DNA from: an uncultured Acidobacteriota bacterium
Lineage (GTDB): Bacteria > Acidobacteriota > Vicinamibacteria > Vicinamibacterales > UBA2999
Assembly: GCA_963757735.1 (NCBI GenBank)
Contig: CAVWST010000041.1
Coordinates: 133,932 to 197,931 of the forward strand
DNA: 64,000 bases
Reading direction: 5' to 3'
Shown here: in pieces, positions 59,617 to 64,000 of the stretch
Position numbering within the stretch: position 1 is the first letter of the stretch
Layout of the letters: each line of letters starts with the position of its first letter
Position numbers and translations under genes: made by a program
The notes under the pieces: generated by a model
What the model saw: only the letters and a program-made list of their open reading frames with translations
The model's database searches: none
Told to the model about the DNA's origin: nothing

Positions 59617-59988
59617 ATGACCTCCCGATCGACGGAGCTGTTGCAAGGCACACTCGACCTTCTCATCCTCAAAGCGATCTCGCTTGGACCGTTGCACGGT
59701 TACGGCGTGCTGCTAAGGCTCCAGCAAATCTCCAACGACACACTGCAGATTCCGCAAGGCTCTCTGTACCCCGCCCTGTATCGCCTCGAACATCAGGGAC
59801 TCGTCACATTCGAGTGGGGCGAGTCCGACAACAAGCGGCAAGCCAAGTTCTACTCGCTGACCGCCGCCGGGCGAAGACGGCTGCGCGAGGAGACCGACTA
59901 CTGGGAGCGGTTGTCCGGCGCCATCGGACTGGTGCTGAAAACCGCACCAAGCGAATCTGTGAGGCCGACGTGGGTTCGAAAACGCTAG
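59617..59988 (+). CDS. PadR-family transcriptional regulator
   Basis: 123 aa: LLQGTLDLLILKAISLGPLHGYGVLLRLQQIS..GSLYPALYRLEHQGL.. Confidence 0.85.
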   Translation: MTSRSTELLQGTLDLLILKAISLGPLHGYGVLLRLQQISNDTLQIPQGSLYPALYRLEHQGLVTFEWGESDNKRQAKFYSLTAAGRRRLREETDYWERLSGAIGLVLKTAPSESVRPTWVRKR

Positions 59989-62656
59989 CGTCGCTCAGCT
60001 CATTCCTGCGCGCGTGGCTCGGGCGCTCGCGCATGGAGCACGACATGGACCGCGAGATGCGGTTCCACCTGGAGACTCGCGCGGCGGACCTCGAATCGCA
60101 GGGGATGTCGCGCGCGGATGCGGAACGACACGCGCGCCGGGAGTTCGGCGATGTCATCCGCTGGAAGGAGGCCGGTCGAGAGGCGCGCGGTCTTGCGGTC
60201 GTCGACGATCTTGGTGCCGACTTGCGCTACGCCGTTCGAACGATGCGGCGCTCGCCGGGTTTCACGGCCGCCGCAGTCCTCTCTCTCGCCGTCGGCATCG
60301 GCGCCAGTACGGCGATCTTTGGTCTCCTGGATCTGCTGCTGCTCAAACGTCTTCCCGTGCGCAACGTGCACGAGCTCGTGCACGTCACCACCGCCGGCGA
60401 GCGCGGCGACATGCATTCGGGATCGTCGAACTACCCGTGGTTTCAAAACGTGTCGTCGCGCACGGATCTGTTTTCCGACACGATGCTCGTCAGGCACGAC
60501 GTCTACAAGGTTGGCATTCACGGCAGCCTCGATCCGCTCACTGGCCAGCGCGTCACCACCAACTACCATGCGATGCTCGGCGTTCAGGCACGCCTGGGCC
60601 GCACGTTCACCGCTGCCGATCGCCCCGAGGCGGGTGCACCGCCGGTTGCCGTCATCAGCTACGCGCTCTGGCAGCGTCGCTTTGCCGGCTCGGCCGACGT
60701 CGATCGGGACCTCGATCACTGTCGACAAGCAGCCGTACACGATCGTCGGTGTGACCCCGCCTGAGTTCCGCGGCATCCTCGTCGGCTGGACGATGGACGT
60801 CACACTGCCGCTCGACACGTCCGAGTTCATGCAACCCGGCAACTGGTCCACGACGCCGCTGATCGCACGACTGAAACCGGGCGTGGACGCTCGACTCGCA
60901 CAGCATCAACTCGACCCGATGCTCGCCCGGTTCGTCGAGGCGAACAAGACAACCGAACGATTCCGGGCGCGCTACCTGCAGCGCGCGTACGTCACATCGG
61001 CAGCCACCGGAATCACCGACCTCCGCGCGCAGTTCTCGACTCCACTTCGGCTGCTGATGGTTGCAGTCGGCGTGCTGATGTTGATTGCCTGCGTCAATCT
61101 CGCCGGTCTCCTCGCTCGCGCGCAACGCGACGCGGCAACATGAGCTCGGGATGCGCCTGGCTCTGGGCGCGCGTCGCAGCCGAATCGTTCGTCAGTTGCT
61201 CACCGAAAGCACGGCGATCGCACTGCTCGGGGCAACACTGGGCGTGGTACTGGCGATCAGAGGCGGGAACGCGCTGGTCGGATTGCTGCCCGAATATTTC
61301 GGACCGTTGTCGATGCAACTCGTCGCGGACAGCCACGTGCTTGCGTTTGCGCTCGTGTCCACGATCGTCACGACGCTGCTGTTTGGTTCGATGCCGGCGT
61401 GGCAGGCGTCACAGATTGCGGTGCTGCCCGCACTGAATCGCTCCGGGTCACGTACGGCTACGACGCGGATGCGGACGGGCCGGGTGCTCGTGGTCGCGCA
61501 GTTTGCGCTGTCGTTCGTGCTCGTCGCGGGCGCATTCCTCTGTCCTGCGTACGATCGTGAATCTCGCAAAGGTCGACACCGGCTTCGAACGCGAACGGCT
61601 TCTCGTCGTGCGAATCGATCCCCAGGGAACTGATTACGAGAGAGAGCGACTGCGAGCAATGCAACGCGAGATGCTCGAGACGCTTGGCGGTGTCCCGGGC
61701 GTGCAGCACGTCACATTCGCGACGGGCACTCCGTTCAACGGCAACGTAGACGGGCGCCGCCTGTCGATCCCTGGCGTTGAACCGCGCGAACCGGATGACA
61801 CGATCATCCAGGTCAACCTGATCGCACCTGGCTACTTCGATGCGCTCCAAGTCCCACTCGTGAGCGGGCGCGCGATCGACGAGCGCGATCGCGAAAACAC
61901 TCGCCGCGTCGCCGTCGTCAGCGAGGCCTTCGCCCGTCGCTACTTCGGCGAGGCCCCCGCCGCTGTCGGCCGCACCTTCATGCATCAATCGCGGACCGAA
62001 GCCGATCCCGCACGAGATCGTGGGCGTCGCGCGCGACATCCGCTACCAGGATCTCCGCTCGTCCCTCGGAAAGGATCGCCTATCTGCCGTGGTTCCAAGC
62101 CGATGATGTGAGGTTGGCGCAGTTCGAGTTCATCCTTCGCACCGAGGGCGACCCTGCGAACTGGATCGACATCACGCGGAGTGCCATGCGTCAGCAGCGC
62201 CCTGACCTGCCTATTCTCGCCATCCAGACATTGAGCGGTGTGATCAACACCAGGCTGCTCAGTGAAAGGCTGCTCGCGACGCTCGGCACGTTCTTCGCCG
62301 CCGTCGCGCTCGCACTCGCGGCTGTAGGCGTTTACGGTCTACTGGCGAATCTCGTCGCCCGCCAGATTCCGGAGATTGCCGTACACATCGCACTGGGCGC
62401 TCGTCCGGGTGAGATGGTGTGGATGACGGTTCGTGAGAGCCTCGTGCTCGTGGCAACGGGAGCCGTGATCGGGATCGCGGGCGCCGCCGCAGGACTGCGC
62501 GTTCTTGAAGGCCTGCTTTTCGGTCTCTCGCCGACGGACATCGTCAACCTCGCTGTCGCCGCGCTGATTCTCGTGCTCGTGGCACTCGCGGCAGCGTTCG
62601 TACCTGCCTGGCGTGCGGCGACGGTGGATCCACTCGTCGCGCTTCGCGCCGAATAG
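59970..62656 (+). pseudogene. ADOP-type duplicated FtsX/MacB-like ABC permease, at least 5 frame breaks
   Basis: GTG 59970 overlaps the PadR 3' end. Fragments 59814..60764, 60118..61143, 61085..61633, 61503..62111 and 62108..62656 join as ..REMRFHLETRAADLESQGMS..LRYAVRTMRRSPGFTAAAVLSLAVGIGA..VGVTPPEFRG..LGMRLALGARRSRIVRQLLTES..IALGARPGEMVWMTVRESL..ATVDPLVALRAE. Confidence 0.8.
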
Positions 62657-62700
62657 CCACGCGCCTTTGCGGTGCGAGCAGTCAGCCATTAGGCTGAAGC

Positions 62701-63496
62701 GTGCCGTATCGAGTTGACCTTCGCAACGCCACCGACGATGTGCTCGATCGGCTCGTCGAACTCGGCGCCATCGATGCCGAGCGCTCAGACGATGGCGGCA
62801 TCGCGAGCACTGATCCAGGACAGCGTCGCGCCAGAGCACCTTGCACGCGCACTGGGCATCGATGGGTTCGCCGTTCCCGTGCCACCGTGCGCGATGCGGG
62901 ATCCGTCTGGATCCTCAGCCCTCGCCCGATTCGCGTCGGACGCATTCGGATTGTTCCGGCTCACATCGAAGCAGAGCCGGATGCTCTCAGGTTGGTTGAT
63001 GCCGCCGCGTTCGGCACCGGCCTGCATCCCACAACGGCACTTTGTCTCGAAGCACTCGATGAAGCCGTGTCGATCGTTGCGGCCCGACGCCGTGCTCGAC
63101 GTGGGAACAGGGTCGGGCGTGCTCGCGCTCGCTGCGCTCATGCTGGGCGTGCCGCGAGCGGTCGGCGTCGACATCGACGACGAAGCGCTGCGCGTCGCCG
63201 CCGAGAACGCGCGGATCAACGCTATGAGCGAACGCCTGAAATTGCGATATGGCGGGCCTGACACAGTGAGCGGCACATGGCCGCTTGTCCTGGCCAACGT
63301 GCTCGCCGCTCCACTCATCGAGATGGCACCGACGCTCGTGCGCCGCGTCGGTCATCACGGCCAACTGGTGCTCTCTGGAATTCCCGCCTCTGTCGAACAG
63401 AACGTCGACGAAGCATACCGTCGTCTGGGGATGCAACGCGTTCGCACCACATCACGTGCCGGCTGGGTTGCGCTTGTGATGCGGGCTTCCTGGTGA
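62701..63496 (+). pseudogene. prmA: PrmA-like SAM-dependent methyltransferase (ribosomal protein L11 methyltransferase family), about 3 frame breaks
   Basis: Fragments 62701..63261 (..IVPAHIEAEPDALRLVDAAAFGTGLHPTTALCLEAL..) and 62714..63496 (..VLDVGTGSGVLALAAL..GVDIDDEALRVAAENA..LVLANVLAAPL..LVLSGI..). Confidence 0.7.
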
Positions 63497-63510
63497 GACC
63501 GTACCCCGTG

Positions 63511-64000
63511 TCATTGCGGCGGGGTCATAAGTGCTGCCCAGTCGCCCAGTAGTGCGTCACGTGCCCGCAGGCCGGCACTGGCGCGTTCCGGCCACTCGTC
63601 CTCCAAGAGGCGGGCGAAGACCACGGTTCTTCCCTCACGCGTGGCCCACCCCACGAACCATCCGACCTGACGATCTGGCTCGTTCGTGCCATCGGCGCGC
63701 CGCACGAAGCCGGTCCCGGTCTTGCCGCTCACACGCCAGCCGCCGGTGACGGCAACCGGCATGAGCGCCATGGTGCGATCGATCGCCGCACGAGACACCG
63801 GCAACTGTCTCCGGATCATGCGTCGCACGAACTCGACTTGCTCCGTCGCGGAGATCCGAAGCGAGAACGACAACCACGCGGTCGTGAGACCATATCATTG
63901 CGACCGGGCTCGCCGCTCAGATCGCGATTGCCGTACGCCAGCTTGTCGATGTTACCTCCTGAAATCTTGCTGCGCCCAGCGTGCGCGTCAGCACCTGCGA
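63511..64000 (-). pseudogene. Class D beta-lactamase / BlaR-like penicillin-binding domain, C-terminal part, frame break near 63880; 5' end outside the window
   Basis: 63511..63873 reads ..LRISATEQVEFVRRMIRRQLPVS..SGKTGTG..QVGWFVGW... Upstream in another frame is ..KLAYGNRDLSGEPG... Confidence 0.6.

Overview
This is a high-GC bacterial chromosomal segment. Its gene content is most consistent with Acidobacteriota, which is an inference: a PadR regulator paired with an ADOP-type duplicated FtsX permease, a CarboxypepD_reg-type TonB-dependent receptor, a poly-HAMP sensor, and many signal-peptide proteins of unknown function. From left to right the window holds a partial poly-HAMP/GAF sensor kinase, several secreted hydrolases, cardiolipin synthase and a sugar-phosphate isomerase-like gene. 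Next is a K+ homeostasis block (kup, split kdpD, kdpE, kdpFABC). At 24.67-28.81 kb sits a three-gene operon headed by a divergent tubulin/FtsZ-superfamily GTPase with tubulin-type loop motifs; this is my top candidate for an undescribed system. It is followed by a cluster of paralogous secreted proteins with a di-haem cytochrome c, bracketed by REP-like (short palindromic intergenic repeat) hairpins, then lipase, esterase and CMD genes, an IS110-family remnant and a broken envelope-glycan locus. After that come a Ser/Thr kinase-TPR gene, KdgT, a 2-hydroxyacid dehydrogenase, a badly broken TonB receptor and GntR. At 53.56-56.60 kb is a tightly coupled cassette of a MoxR-type AAA ATPase, an HExxH-metallopeptidase/VWA protein and a TM protein; this is the second candidate. 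The window ends with NhaP, PadR/ADOP, a PrmA-like gene and a class D beta-lactamase-like fragment. I recognised no rRNA, tRNA or CRISPR array. Around 15 genes can only be read through with frame changes, and these cluster in blocks, so assembly indels are suspected and every 'pseudogene' label is provisional. Two intergenic repeat families stand out: GGGGTC(A/T)GACCCC hairpins and heptamer arrays. All homology statements come from reading translations by eye; no searches were run.
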